From Raillietiella orientalis (lineage: Eukaryota): DNA of 64,000 nt. Positions 49,050 through 62,149 of the stretch are shown in pieces. The stretch spans positions 2,108,001 through 2,172,000 of the forward strand of contig JAYWIR010000013.1 of the NCBI GenBank assembly GCA_036172245.1, read 5' to 3'. A program made the position numbers and the translations under genes. How positions within the stretch are numbered: the first letter of the stretch is position 1; each line of letters opens with the position of its first letter. The notes beneath the pieces were generated by a model. That model saw nothing but the letters and a program-made list of their open reading frames with translations. It had not been told where the DNA came from and searched no databases.

Positions 49050-50260
49050 TCTGCGCTCCAGCGCGCAGTCACCATCCTGACCACAGCGCAACCTCGACAG
49101 CTTTAGCAGGGCGTGTCCAGCGCTATCATCCCCGCCCAGGGGACGGGCCGAGCCCTACACGCTCCAGCGGCGGGAGAGACATTGCTGGGAAACCGACAGG
49201 AGGCTTGCGTGCCTTCATCGCCGCGCTCGGAAGGCACGTGGAAGAACGTCGTCGTGGCCACTGGGAAGGTGGAGGGGGTTGACTTACCTCCCCCTCCCGG
49301 GAGAAAGGAGTGGATGGACCAATCTCTGGCGCCCCCGGACCGTGGGTGCTCGGCGAAAGGCAACGGGTCGGGCACGCGGTGGCAAGGAAGGGAGCGCCGT
49401 CGCCTGGAAACCTCCGAAGGAGGTGGCGCAGCCGGATCCTCTCCGGGAAAGGGGGCTTCCTGGAGGAAAGGATGCTGCCCGACCCATCTGGGGACCCACT
49501 GGCCTGGGATCCCCCCAGGAGGCGGCTTCAGAGTCGGTCCCGCGCTCACTCGCCAGTCCGCGCTGACCTCGACTTAAGTTTTTCCTGCAGAACGATGTCC
49601 ACCTGAGTCCGGCTCCGCGGAGAGTGAGGGCGACCGCTTCCCCATCGGCGGGGTTCACTCGCAAGATGAGGATGAGACCTCCCCGAGGCCACCCCATGCC
49701 CCTCTCCAGGAGGGGCGTCCGCCGCGCGTCGCCTCGGAGGTGCTCCCTTCTTTCTTCTGCCGCTTGCCGAACGCTCCCGAGGAGAGACGCGCTCCGACGC
49801 GCCCTCGGCGCCGCGGGGGATGCACGCGGCGAACAGGAGGGGGAACTGAGACGGCAGCGCGGACGCCGGAGAACCGGACGGCGGTAAGGGTCCGTCCTCC
49901 TCCCTCTTTTCTCCCTAGGGTGAGGGGCGCTCGGGGCGGACACGTGGCGCGCGTGACCCAGGAGTCGGCACGCGAAGGACGGAAACTTGCGCGGACGGAC
50001 CTGCCGGCTGGCCACGCGGCGCCAACCGGACGAGAGGGCAGTGGCCGGCTGCAAAGCGTGGAACCCGGGCGCGGAAGGAGCATAGGCTCTCCGTCGCGGG
50101 CGTTGGCGGGGGCGCCGCATGCGCCGCGACTGCCCTCTTCTTTCCGCCGGTCGAACTACCAGCTGGAGCGGCGGATCGGCTGGGGCGCGCTAAGGAGGAA
50201 GATTGCAGAAATTCTCGAGGGTCACCACGCGAGCCCCAAGCTCCTTGGGTGGCTCGGGAT
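49050..50260 (+). mobile_element. Internally deleted relic ending in the family C-terminal motif
   Basis: IGWGALRRKIAEILE resembles VRREIAGIHRR / KQELAGILKR. Confidence 0.33.
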
Positions 50261-52599
50261 CTCCAGAGAGATACGGCTTTCCGCTCTTCCCCTCCGCTGC
50301 CTCCGCCCGCCCGCCACGGTCCAGCGGACTTTTGTTTCCGGCAGTCGGCGTTCCGGAAGACGCGGACGTAGCAGCGGCGAAGACTGTCCTTTCGGAAGGA
50401 GAGCAGAGAGCCTTCCGCCTCCGAATTTGTGACCGGAAGAGGTCGCCTTCCGGCGCCTGGTGCACCCCCGTTGGGGAGAGGAGGGGATTGTGGAGAGGAT
50501 TCCCGGCTGCGACAGCGAGGGCCGTCACCGGACATGCGAATGTGCCCGGGAGCATGGGAGACGGTCCTGTTGCCCATAAAAGCGACCGCTGACAGCCTCC
50601 GCCCCGCCGTGCTCCCTCTCCCATGACCCCCTGTGAACGGAAAGGCAACGCGCAGTGGGGACATATCCGCTGTCCTGGACCCGTACGAACCTCGAAGGAT
50701 GGGCGAAGTCCCACGCCCTCGTTCCACGTCTGTCGGTTCGGCCCTTTCCCCCAGGGCACCGCCTGTGGGTCTCGTGAAGCCTGTGGCACCCAAAAACGAG
50801 AGGGGCCGCCCGGGAGAAGAGCGTCTGGTCGCACCCTCCCCCGCGCCCCGCCTACGAGAGTCCTCGGGTTGCCGTGGCAACCCTGGCTCAAGCGAGGCGG
50901 GGGAGGGGCATCTCGTATCAGAGGGAAGGTCATCTCCATCTCCCCGGGAGCGCGAGAGGGCGGCTGCAGCCCCCCGGACCTCGCTGGACATTCCGTGAAC
51001 GAGTGGAGCTGCAGTTTCAGATGCCGCAGGGAGCAGCGGCCCTCGGAGGCGGTGTTCGGCACCAGCAGCGCTTCCACGCAACCTGCGGTCCCAGGAGAAC
51101 TGTATGTTGCCGTCGGCGTTCGGTGAGAGGCGAGTAGGGGTTGCCATAGCAGTGGCATGAAAATCTCCATACACGCTCGATGGCGCGACTGCTGAAGACC
51201 ACGCTTTGCCGAGGCCGAGCTCGACGCGTCCGTGGCGGCGGCAGCGGCGGCCCTGTTGCGTCATCTCCATGTGGGGACGCCGCGCTTCGGGTCCTGCCGC
51301 TAGCGCGGGACCCGAAGCCGGTGGTCTCTCTCCGGCAGGAGGGAGACCACCAGCTCCCGCTCCGCATACCGGAATCCTTGACCTCTGATGCTTGCCTACC
51401 GGTCACGCGAGGAATATGAACGAAAGCACCCGAGCGTCAGCCTGGATCTCAAGGAGTTTGCAAGGGGCTGCAGGGGCCGTACCCCTCCCCCCCCCCTCCG
51501 CCTCGCGCGCGCTGAGAAGCGACGACGTGGCCTTGCTCTTCGCCGATGCTCGAAATGGCGGCATTGCTAGCAAGGTGCATCTCCGCCCCCAACGTCCGCG
51601 TGTAGGCGTGGAGGGAGCGCGCCACCGGTGCCGCAGCTAAGTCTTCATCCGTTCTACCTTCCGGGGACCTGGGAAAAGTCCCGCTAGAGATGGACAGCTG
51701 GAGTGCTGGGGCGTCCATCCGACAGGCGCCGTCTGTGGGAAGAACTCTCGAAGTGCACTGAGCAGGGGATGCACATACAGGTAAACACCTGCGTCCTTCC
51801 TGCGTCTTGGGCGAGGTGAGGTCAGATCTTACACAACAGCCTCCAAGAAACCGGAGGATGTCTATGAAAGCCCTCCTGCCGGAAGGTTGGAAAACGAGTC
51901 GGAGCTTCTCTTTTTCTTGGAAAAAAAAAAACTTTCCTTTTGACTTCCTTGGGCAGATTACGCGCCGAGTTCATGAAGAGTGGAAGCTGCAACGAGTGCC
52001 TGACCGGAGGAGGGGTCACCTGAAGATCGTGAGACGGAGTGAGGAAGAAACTCATCCCAAGGAGAGAAGAGTCTGGCGCTTCCCGCGAGAGAACGGCCAG
52101 CGTGGACGGACGAAATAGGCTGACCGACGAGGACGGCGAGGAGTCCAGCGCTCCTCAGCCAGCGTCTTCCCTCGTTCGAAGCGAGCAGGTGGGCGGGACC
52201 GCTCGGCGGAGGATTCTTCTCAGCGGAAGCCCCACGTGGAGCACCAGGAAAAGCAAGAACGGGGGTGCGCGAAGCCGCGTGTCGCCACGCCGACTGCTGG
52301 CGGCTCGTGGGCCGCCAGAGCGTCGGGTGCGCCGAGGAGGCGCCGGAAGCCATGGAAGGGGGTGGGTGGAAGAGTCCGCAGAATGCGAGGCACTAGCGCC
52401 GAACCGGGCGCCAGCAACGACGGGCCTCTCGGGGGAAGGGCGTGCGTCGGACGTCCGCGGAACGAAAGCGAAAGTGCGGAGGGGAAAAAAAAAAAAAAAA
52501 AAAAAAATGGAACCAGTGAGCGGGCACGTCGGCGAGCCGAAGGCGAAGGAGAGGGGGGGAGGGACCTCTCGTGATTCGCGCGCGCCGAAAGATCGCGGA

Positions 52600-53900
52600 C
52601 GTTCCCGCCGGCGGGGACCGGTTGGCGGTGCCGAATACGTAGGAAGGGACGGACGGCCGCTTCGCCCCGCCAGCGACAAAGGAGAAGCGTGCGGCGTGCC
52701 GGAATCGATGCGGCCGAAGCGGAGGCCTCCCGCCTGGAAGATGGCAGGAAGGAACGGGCACGTGGGACGGGTGGTGGGAAAACACCTCCGCGCGCATCGG
52801 TGAGAGGCGCGGCCATGGGCGGCATCGGAGAGCTCACGGGGACTGTGGCCGGGGCTTCGGCGGGGAAGGGAAGCGAGGCACTGCCGGGGAGGTTTCAAAG
52901 CAGGTAGCTGCGCGGCGGCGGCAGCGCCCACCTCGCGTGCTGGGCGGATCTGCTGCCGTGCTGTGTGGCGGGGCGCACCTCGGCGGTCTCGCTCCGAGAG
53001 GCACGAGGGGAAGGGGGAGCAGAAGTGGGGGGAGGGAGGGCAGAGGGAACCTCCTCTTCGTGCAGGCGCGACGAAATGCGCAGGGAGAGCTCTCTCTCGT
53101 CCTCTCCGGCAGGCCTTTTCGCCGGGAAAGCACGACCCATCATCAACCACGAAGACGCATCTGCGCTCCCGAGCGTTCCCGAAACCGGGACCCTCTGGAT
53201 CGTCCCACCAACCACCGGAACCGTCATCTCCTCACTCCTGGAAACCCAGGGCGTCACTCCCCACCCATTACTGGATGCGTGAGATACGCAGCGCCGACGG
53301 CGCCCGGACCCGACCTCACTGGGGCACGTCGGCAGCGCGACAGCACGGGGGCGCGAATCTGTGGGAATGGCGGTGGGTTGAAAGTCAGGTCCTGGGGAGG
53401 GAGAGGGGGGATGAGCCAGGCGCGCGAAGGGCAGTGCGTCCGAGAAGGCCGCTTTACTGATATGACGCTTGCGCGGCAGGGCGGGAAGGGAATATTCTAA
53501 CGGGGGGGACGTGGAAAGCGCGTGCGTGTCGTTCTGCGACCCCGAGATCTCCCTACGGGTCACAGCGTCGCGCGCGGAACCGGTTTGGAAGGCAGCTGGA
53601 CCCGCAGCCGTCCAGCGGTGGAAACCGCGTCTGCCGAATGCAGCAGGAGGGGAAGGAAGGCAGGAGCGCTTGGGAGATGCATCCAAGCTGACCCCCATCA
53701 CAGTGTCTGGGAACGCGTGGGGGAAGGAGGGGAGAGGAATTTTGCCGGGGACAAGCAATCGAGCCAACTCACCGGCCGGCGCGCGCGGGAGGGGAGAGAG
53801 AGTAAGAATCCCTCTGGAGACGACGCGAGTCCTGGAAGATTCCCCCAAGACGCAGTCGGGTTGCCGGGAAAGAGATGAAGGCGCGCGTGATTGAATATAA
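52600..53900 (-). mobile_element. Degraded Tx1/L1-like C-terminal relic
   Basis: WGVTPWVSRSEEMTVP (W...L.VP.EEL.VPP) and CRRGRERALPAHF (CRRCGERESLLHL). Confidence 0.45.
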
Positions 53901-55082
53901 GCGCCGCCGTTGCGTGCTGCGATCGACGGAGACACGACAGGAGCGACCGCGAAGCTCGACGTGTTCTCAAACGCAACGCAACGTGCGACGCGTCCTGTGC
54001 GGCGGCGTTGCCACGCATGCGCATTGGGTGCGCGCGTTGCTCACCGGGAAGCTGCTGCATTCCGCGTGCCCTCCCCCCGGAACGTTCCAAAGAAGACACT
54101 TCCGAAAGGACTTGGGTGTGTTGGACACCGGGGACCACCGATACGTCTTTGCAATTCCGCAGCTCGGCTTCTCCGCACCGTGGAGACCGGGGGATTGAGG
54201 GGTGGGGTGAAGAGAACAAAAAAAAAAAAAGGGGGAGTCGGGGAAGAGATGGAATCTCCGGAGAGCGGGCGAGCTTTCCGCGTTGCGAGGGGCGCGAGAG
54301 CGCCGTGACGCAACAATGCGACGCCGCATCTGGTGCCGTGCCGCGCGCTGCGGTGTCCGGGGAGGGAGAGCGCCTAGGGGGCAAGCGCGACGATGATGCT
54401 GTAGGGAGAAAATTGGCCAAGGGTTCGCTGGAAGCAACGGAAGGGAGTGTGCCGGGAACGCGCGATCTGTCCCCGCCCTCTCACCTCTCTGAGTAGGTGA
54501 GGAAGATGCGAAAAGGGGTGGGGTGGGACGCGCGAAATCGGGGGGAATCTTTCTGCTGTGACGGAACGTCGAGAAGTGCGGAGGAGGAGGAAGAGAGGGG
54601 GCGGTTTTTTTTTGGGTTTTACGTCGAAGCAACGGCTGATAGTGACGCTTGGGGCGAGGGGAGGGGGGAGGGGCGAGTTCCGGTCGATGCCCGTTGTCAC
54701 GAGACGAGTTCGGCCAGAGAGGACGGTCGGTCGGTCGGTCGGTCGACTGCGAAGCTCATTGCTTCCGGCGCGCTGCACATGCTGTTCCTCCCCCGCCGTA
54801 TGACCGCGGGGTTCCCCCAATCGATTTGACCGTGCGCGCTCCTCGCACTCCGAGTTCCCCCAGGGAAGTGCGCGCATGCGTGCGCGAGCGGGAAGGGGGG
54901 GGGGGAGGCGAGGGGCAGGAAACGCGTCGTCGTTCCGCGTGCAGCGGCGGCGGCGGGGTAGCCGCGCGCGTCTCGGGCGGCGCGCGCGCCGGGTGGGGGC
55001 CGCCTCGAGCAGGCGGCGGCTTCTCTCGCTGGGCGAAGAGACGGGCGGCAAGCGCGCGCAGGGATTTCCATATCTTCCCGCC

Positions 55083-55121
55083 CGCCCGCCCGCCCGCCGC
55101 CGCCGCCGCCGCCGCCGCCGC
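55083..55121 (+). repeat. (CCCG)n/(GCC)n microsatellite
   Basis: cgcccgcccgcccgccgccgccgccgccgccgccgccgc, read directly. Confidence 0.85.
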
Positions 55122-56399
55122 CATCTCCGCGTCCCCGTCCCGAAGACGTGTATCCCTGGCACGGGAGGCAGCGGAAACTCATTAAGCTCCCGGTGAGCCC
55201 CAGATAATGACGTTACTGTGATAACCTTAGAAACCAAACGTAATGGAATTTCGACGCACGTCCTGTCTAATGCAGTCCCACACGTCTGATCCAGATCTCC
55301 CCGCTTCCGCCTCTCTTCCTCCGTGCGCGCCCGCTCCCCCTCCCCTTCCCGCTCCTCCCCCCCCGTCGCGTACCGCTCGCGCGCGGACTCGTCCATTCAT
55401 CCTCCTCCGTCTCGTTTCCAAGAAATTTCCTTGATCCGGCTTAGCGCAGGCATGGAGACGCTCCGGAGAATTTCCTGCGGTTCTTCCTCTACGCTTCTTC
55501 TCCCCCTTTCCGTCCCATCCTCCCTCCATCCCTTCCTTCCTTCCTTCCTTCTTTTTGTCTCCGTGTGCGTCGCTGTCCTTCGCCTCTCCCGTTCCTCCTC
55601 CTCTCCCGCGCGGAGCGGAACGCTCCTCTCCCCGGAACGGAGAGGGAGCCGGTTGTCTGGCAATGAGACGTTCGGGCTCCCGTGACGCCGGATCCGTCCG
55701 TGATCCCCTCCCCTCTCCCGTGAGCCGGCGCTCCGGAGGATGACTCCCGGGATCCGCTGCTCCCAAGCCCGCTGGTGCTCGCGGGTTAATCGACGATGCA
55801 GGGAACCTGCCAGGCTCTCCGCATCCCGGCATCCTCCGCGAGACGGGCGACATCTGAAAATAATCGCAGGGAGCTGGGGAGGAAGGAGGGGGAGGGAAGG
55901 GGCGGGAAATCAGGTTCGCTTCCTTGGGGTTCGGGCTGGCAGGGGGAGGCAGGAAGGGGCTCTTCCGCGCGCCGTCCAGCAGTTTCGCAGGACGGCGCAC
56001 GGAAGCGCCTGATCGTCGTCGGAGGTGATCTGCCCATCTGCTGGTGCACTCCGAAGGGGGCAAAGGGCAGGAGGGGGGAGCTGCTGCTCTCTACCGCGAA
56101 AATGAAAAAAACGCAACGTGAATAAAAAGAGAACTCGAAATGAGGAGGGGGGGAGATGAAAAGGAGAGCCAGAGAGACCTGGGGGAGCGCGCACCCTTCC
56201 AGCAGCAGCAGCAGTAGCAGCTGTCCGGAGGCAGCTGCCGCTCCGGGCGCGCCCGCGGGCGGGCCGCAGAGGGCTCCAACCGTGCCCGACTCCGGGGAGC
56301 GAAAGGAGAAGCACGCGCGCGGGAGGGGGTCAGCCGACTCCCGTACGCCCCCGCAGGGAAGCGACCGCCTTCCCCTGGTCGGAGCGGCTCAGTAGGTCG

Positions 56400-59330
56400 T
56401 TTGGGAACCGCGGGTCACCTGCGAGGAGTCGGTCCCGGTGTGGGCGTCCTCCTCAGGGAGGAGGAAGAAAACTCCCCGTCTTTGAGAGCGAGCGGTGGAG
56501 CCCCGGGCAACCAGCCACGCCAGCCCGCGTGCTTAGCGCGGGACGGAAGCACCCTTCGACAGCATCCGCTCGCCCCGGTTGGTTCCAGAGGGGCATTTCC
56601 ATCAACGTGGCCTCCAGGAGCGACGGAGGCCTCCCCAGGCGTCCCGCCTGTCCGCGCGGTGGAGAACCACCGCACTCCTCCCGCGTGCAGACTCCAGAGC
56701 AGCATCCCGAGGGCAGGAAGCGGGTTGTGGACCACCCTTCCGGGGGATGCCATCGTCTCCGAGGGACGGGCAGCGTCCCCGGGGTTGCTTCCGGGCGACC
56801 GCAAGGCTGCATCGTCAGTGGCGGAGGCGCGCAGTGGGCGGGACGACCCCTCGCGACGAGCCCCCCGCCTTTGGATAATGCCGCGGGTCCCGGCTGGAGG
56901 TTCGAACGGGCGCGTGAAGGGCAGCGGCGTCGCGCGCTGCAGAGATGGCCCTGTTCTTCGCCAGCCGGCTTTCGGATTTCGGTGTTGGGTGAACGCGGTG
57001 TGTTCGGGAAGCGTTCCCGTTTCCCAGACGGGCTGCTATGTGTGCGGCCCTACGAGGAACCACGCGCAGCGGCGGCCGACACGATGAACCCCCGCTGCAG
57101 CCCCAATGCGCCGGGCACCAGGCGGTGGAGCCAGATGACCTCGCCCTGGCCGGGAGTTGCCGCTCCAGAAATTTCGGACCGAAGCGCCCATCCGGCTGCG
57201 GACTCCTCCTCGCACCCTCTTCCTGGAGGACCGACCCCGAGTGCATGAAAATCGCCCCAGCGCACCTCGAGGAGAGTGGCGAGGAACCGGAAGCTGCGGA
57301 AGGTCTCTGAGACCAGGGAAGAGCAGCCGGAGGTCGTGAGCCCGGCGGGCTGCGCGCGTGGAGGGCCCGCTCTCTTCGGCGTCCCCCCGTGTTGAGGATC
57401 CGCAGGGAGCCGGGAGGGAGGGCGACCGACTCGCGGGACAGAGGAGCGGGCACTCACGGAACGAGCGTGCAAGGGGTGAGGCGCCGCCACCGTCTCACCG
57501 CCCCAGGGTTCGCTCCCTTCGGTGGGGCCTGGGACGCACCTTCGGGCTCTCCTTCCGCCTCCGATCTACGCGTGCCGAAGGAGGTCTATGAGGAGTCGCT
57601 CCGTATTGAGGGAGCTACCCCGACGGCCCTCTCCGCCGCGGTATTGACCAGGCGCGGGGGCGCAGACTCCAGACGTGTAGAATTCGCATTCCACCGGTGA
57701 CCCCGTGCACCTCGGCAGCCGGCGGATTTCCTTCTCGCGCTCACGCGAGGATGACGGCCGCAAGGACAAGGGATCCGTCCTTGCTGTTTGTCTGTTCGTT
57801 CCGTGGGGATCGAGGTTCCGACCGTGGCAGCGCGATCTTCCACTAGGACCAGCCGTGCTAGCGGGGGGGGGGATTTTAGCCGGAGGGACAGTGGGGTCAG
57901 GCGTTCCCGGAACCGTTCGAGGGAAAGGGGCCCGGCGCCCTTGATGGCGGGGAGGAACGGGCAGGGTAGTCGCCGTCCCCCCTCTGGCTCCCTTAGCTCC
58001 TTTTTTTTGTCCCCCTCCTCGGTTCAGCCCTTCCCGGGAACCTTTCCGGTGGCGGTCGCGAGTGGGCAGCCCATCCTGCCTCGGGTGCGACGCAGCGTTC
58101 GTGAGTAGGCGGGTCTGTGCCCTCCCTCCCCCTTCCGTGCCACGGATCTTTCTCATGTTGCAGCGCTTTGACACTCTTGCCGCCCGGACGATGCGGGGAG
58201 CTCATGCTTCCTGCCCCTTCCCAGAGTGCCCGACCCTACCCGGCAGGAGCGGCCGCTCCCTCTGATGGCGCGTGCTGCCCGAGTGTGCGTCCGAGCTGCG
58301 CGTGGACGCGTCCTGGAGGGGGGAGGGGAGGAAGGTCCACTCTTGAGTCTTGCGCCCCCAGCGCTCCGCCCGCGGTTCGTCCCTCCCCCGCCGGCCACAC
58401 GTGGGCTGCCCTGGCGCATGCTCTTGGCGGCACGAGCGGAGGACCCCCCAGGGAACGACGAATGGAGTCGCAGTGGCCCTTTGGAGACGAGCCGGAGACC
58501 ATCAGGAGTACAAGGACCTCATCCTAGGAGCGTCCCTGGGCCTGGTCTACTGGGGGGTCACCGACTCGCCTTCTGTGGGAGCGACCGGACGAAGAAGAAC
58601 GCGGCCGTTGCCCAAGAGGGGCTTCGCCCTCGCTCCAAGAGCGGTCGGAGAGCCGCAAAGCAGCTGTGGGTCCCTTCCCGCTCCTTCCTGGCAACACTCC
58701 CCCTGGTCGCATTCCTAGCGGTGATCAGTCCTTCTCCCCCCCGCGTCGGTCGAGCTTTTCCCTGGGGACGACTTCTCTCACTCTCCTCCGCAGCTGCCAC
58801 CGACGGGCGCTGCTGCTCTGCTCGGCGGTAGCAGGGGGGACCCGGTCTGTTCTCTCGGGAGCGGCCCCGGGCAGGCGTATCTCCCGTGAGACCCTTCCCA
58901 CTGCCCAGGGAGGAGGGACCATGGCTCGGAGAGGAAAGGAGGCCGGGCGCCGAGACGCGGCCTCGTGGCGCCTCGCTGGGTCCACTCAGCCATCAGCCGG
59001 AGGGCGGGAGGGAGATGCGCCCGTCCATCAACGACGTCCCCGAGGCGAAGGCAGGTACGGAGAGCCAGGAGATGGCACTATGGATGGGGAGGCGCTCCGA
59101 CCTGCCCCGTCGCCGCCTCGGCTCCCCTCGGGTGGCGAGCCTGGGAAGGATTCCAAGGAGTGCGAGCCTCCGCCGACTGATGGGAGGGTGAGGAGGAGAG
59201 AGAAGACCCCGCCGTCTCCACGACAACCACGTCCACCCACCGGCCACAGCTCGCATCTTTCGTCGGTGACCTTCCAAAAAGGAGGGGAGGCGGAGGGTGC
59301 CCCTGCGGAGGAAGAGTCGCCTCCCTTCTG
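56400..59330. mobile_element. Two divergently oriented degraded non-LTR relics (about 56400-57750 minus; about 57900-59330 plus)
   Basis: Minus: LLWSLHAGGVR (SLNVRG). Plus: NGVAVALWRR (RGVAIL), SGDQ (GGDFN), SWRLAGS (WKLN.S). Confidence 0.33.
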
Positions 59331-60521
59331 AGCGCGCGTGCACGAGGCGTTCCCGAGGGGACCTCTCGGATCCCTCGGCCTCTGTGGGAGGAGGTGGGAG
59401 GAGAGGACCCGCTTGGAAGGAGCCCTTCTGGCGCAGATGGGCGTCTCTACTGGGCGCCCGGTCGCGAGTGCGCGCGCGAGTCCGCCCCTTCCGTTCGAGG
59501 CGCGGTCGTGCGTGCGAAGGGGCGGCGCGAGGGGCCTGGTGGGAGAGGAGCCGAGCCGCGCGCGCCCGGAGAGCTCCGCCACGGGTCGACCTCAGTCCAG
59601 TGCCCCCCTCCCAGGGCTCCTTCCCCTTCCGCCGCCGCCAAGAGGGCGAGGCCGGGCGGACGCCCGCCTGTCCCGCGCCGCTTGCAGATTCTTCTCGGAA
59701 CCGCAGGCGCTGGGAGAGCCGGGCTCCGTGTGAGAGCTGCCCGCCAACGCCGGGAGGCTTCTCTTCCCGGGGGGAGAGCGGTGGCAAGGAGGAGGAGTTG
59801 GTCGCGTGGGCGGGAGACCCTTCGAGCGCGCGAGAGGGGCGAAGCGGCGGCGGGGGCCTCCCTACGTGTCCTCGCGTTTCTCGGAGCACGCGCGCGCTCT
59901 CCTGCCTGCCTGCACGCATGCACGCACGCAGGCAGGCACACGCACGCACGCACGCTGGGGTGAACCGAGGGGACACGCGCCGCCTCGTGGCGGCGGCAGT
60001 CGTGGAGGGTGAGCCCCGCTAGCGGCAGCGGAGGCGGGCAGGGGTCAACCGCGCGCGCTGCCGCCGCCTTAGCCGCCGCCGCCGCCGCCGCCGCTCGCGG
60101 CAGAGCTCAGGCAGTCGTCAGTCGGTCGGTCCTTTATCGATTCGCCTTCCACTCGAGCGCATCGGCTGCGGAGGCAACGCGGCGGCATCCTCGTGGTCGC
60201 AGCGGTCGCCGCTCCCCCGCCTCGCAGGCGGTGAGCCCTCGCACCGCTCCCGCGGCGCGCCGGCGCCCGCGGAGGCAGCGCCGAGCCCTGGCGACGGCCC
60301 AGAGGAGAAGCTTCCGCGGCAGGGCGCGCTCTCTCCCTTCGCCGCGGTGGTTGCGATGTGCGGGAGGAACGGCGGCGATGGGGGGTGAACCGAGGCGCCG
60401 CGCGTGCGCGCGAATACGCTGCAGGCGCGCACGGGCGAGAGATCAGCATCTGCTTTCCCTCCTCCTCCTCTTCTCCCCCCCCCTCGTTTTTCGAAGGAGA
60501 AAAGAAAAAAAAAAAAAAGGA

Positions 60522-60550
60522 AGCAGCAGCAGCAGCAGCAGCAGCAGCAG
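60522..60550 (+). repeat. (AGC)n microsatellite after a poly-A run, within a GC-rich low-complexity region (59.3-62.1 kb)
   Basis: agcagcagcagcagcagcagcagcagcag. Nearby are (GCC)n at about 60073, (GCAC)n at about 59912 and 61835, and (TTTC)n at about 62033. Confidence 0.85.
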
Positions 60551-62149
60551 AGGGAAGCCCTGGGAGGCGATCATTACGAACCGCAAAGGATGGCCAGGGA
60601 TCAGCAGGATGAAAGCGTCTGCCGCCTTTTTTTTTTTTTTCTCGCTCGCGATCTTCCCGCCTCCGAACATCTGCGTCGCATTCGCCGGGCGGGATCGAAT
60701 TTGTTCCCGAAGAAGCGCGCGCGGGGCGGAGGGAGGAGGGGAAAGAGAGAAACGGCGGGGGAGGTGGGTGGTTCCGTGGCTCGTGATCCCAAGGCTCCCT
60801 CCGCGCGTAAGGGGGGAGGGGAGCGGGAGGGCGCGCGCGAGCTCCTGAAGCAACAGCGACGTGCGTGAGCCCCCGCCACGCGAGCTCCTCCAAGGTGACG
60901 GCGGCGGCAGCAAAAGCCGTCGCCTCTCCCCCTCCTCCCTTTTTTATCTCTCCTTTTTTTCCTCCCCTTTTCTCCCTTTCCCCCCCCCCTTTTTCCCCCT
61001 ATTCCCGGAGATCCCGGAAGGAAACGCAAAAAAGGGGAAAAGCAAGGAAAATCGAAACGCGACGTGCGCGGGGATTCGCGGGGCGAGATTTTTGGGATTT
61101 TCCTTGCTCCCCACCGCACCCCGCCGCCCTTCCGCTCTCCCCAAGCGTGCGGCGCCGCTTGGCACGCGGGTCGCGGTAGGAAACAGCCCGGGCCGGTTTC
61201 GGCGCGCCGCATGCGCTCCGCCGATCACCTCGGAAACCGACCGCCCCGCGGGAAGAGAGACGCGAAGGCAAACCTCGGAGTAGGTTGCCTGGAAACACGC
61301 GCACCCGCGCACACGCAAAATGAAGAAGGGGAAAAAAAGAATCGGAGGCGGGTCCTCGGGAGCCGCGTAGCTCGGCCGGCTGAGCGCGCTCCTTGCGGTT
61401 CGCCAGAAGTCACTGCGGAGCACCGCCCAAGTCCCACCGCCGCCACCGTCGCCGCTGCAGGTATTCGCGTGCCTTCCTCCGCGCCCTCCTAGGTGCGCGT
61501 GCATCAAAACCGACGAGCCCCTCGCTGTCCCTCAATCCCTCGCACGCGTGAACCAACTTGGTGATCGGCGCCATTAGAGGGAGAGAGGGGTGGCAGGTGC
61601 CGCGTCATCTTCCTCCTGACATGTCGATGATGATGATGATGACAGCAGCGACGCACCTGCAGATTGCTGTGCGCGTGGTGGTGATGGCGGTTTGCCGCTG
61701 GCGGGCCCGCGCGCCTTTCGTGAGGGAGCGCGCGCGCACGTGCAGCGTAACTGAAGCGCTCGATGCGTAGAGGTAGGTGGTGGAGGCGTGGCAGAGGGAG
61801 AGGGCGAAAGAGAGAAGGGAGCGCGCGTTCGCATGCACGCACGCACACACACGCACGCACGCACCTTCCTGTTCTCCCAAAATGCACTGGCTTACCCGCC
61901 ACCTCCTCGCCTTCCCCTGCTCGCCGCCGATTGATCGGCAACCTCTGCGGACGCCCTCAGGATCCGTTCTTGGTCTTCTATCGCGTTCTTACTTGCAAGC
62001 AGCCCCTCCTTACCCCCCCCCCCTCCCCCTTTTTTCTTTCTTTCTTTCTTTCTTTCTTTCTTTTCTGAATGTTTACCTTTTAGAAGGGAAAAAACGACGG
62101 ACTTTCCATGAGCGTCTTTAGCAGTCTGATTGCACAGACAGCGCGCCAC

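Noticed and set aside
49915..51270. 451-aa ORF and similar long Arg/Gly/Pro-rich ORFs (17207-18301, 52895-53935, 54374-55396, 58993-59976)
   Set aside because: This is stop-poor GC-rich sequence with several frames open on both strands and no evident codon bias or domains. They overlap TE debris or microsatellites.
60404..61941. Poly-Gln, poly-Ala and poly-His ORFs suggesting a transcription factor
   Set aside because: The runs derive from microsatellites and no DNA-binding domain is present. A small exon near 61656-61750 (-) is possible but unsupported.
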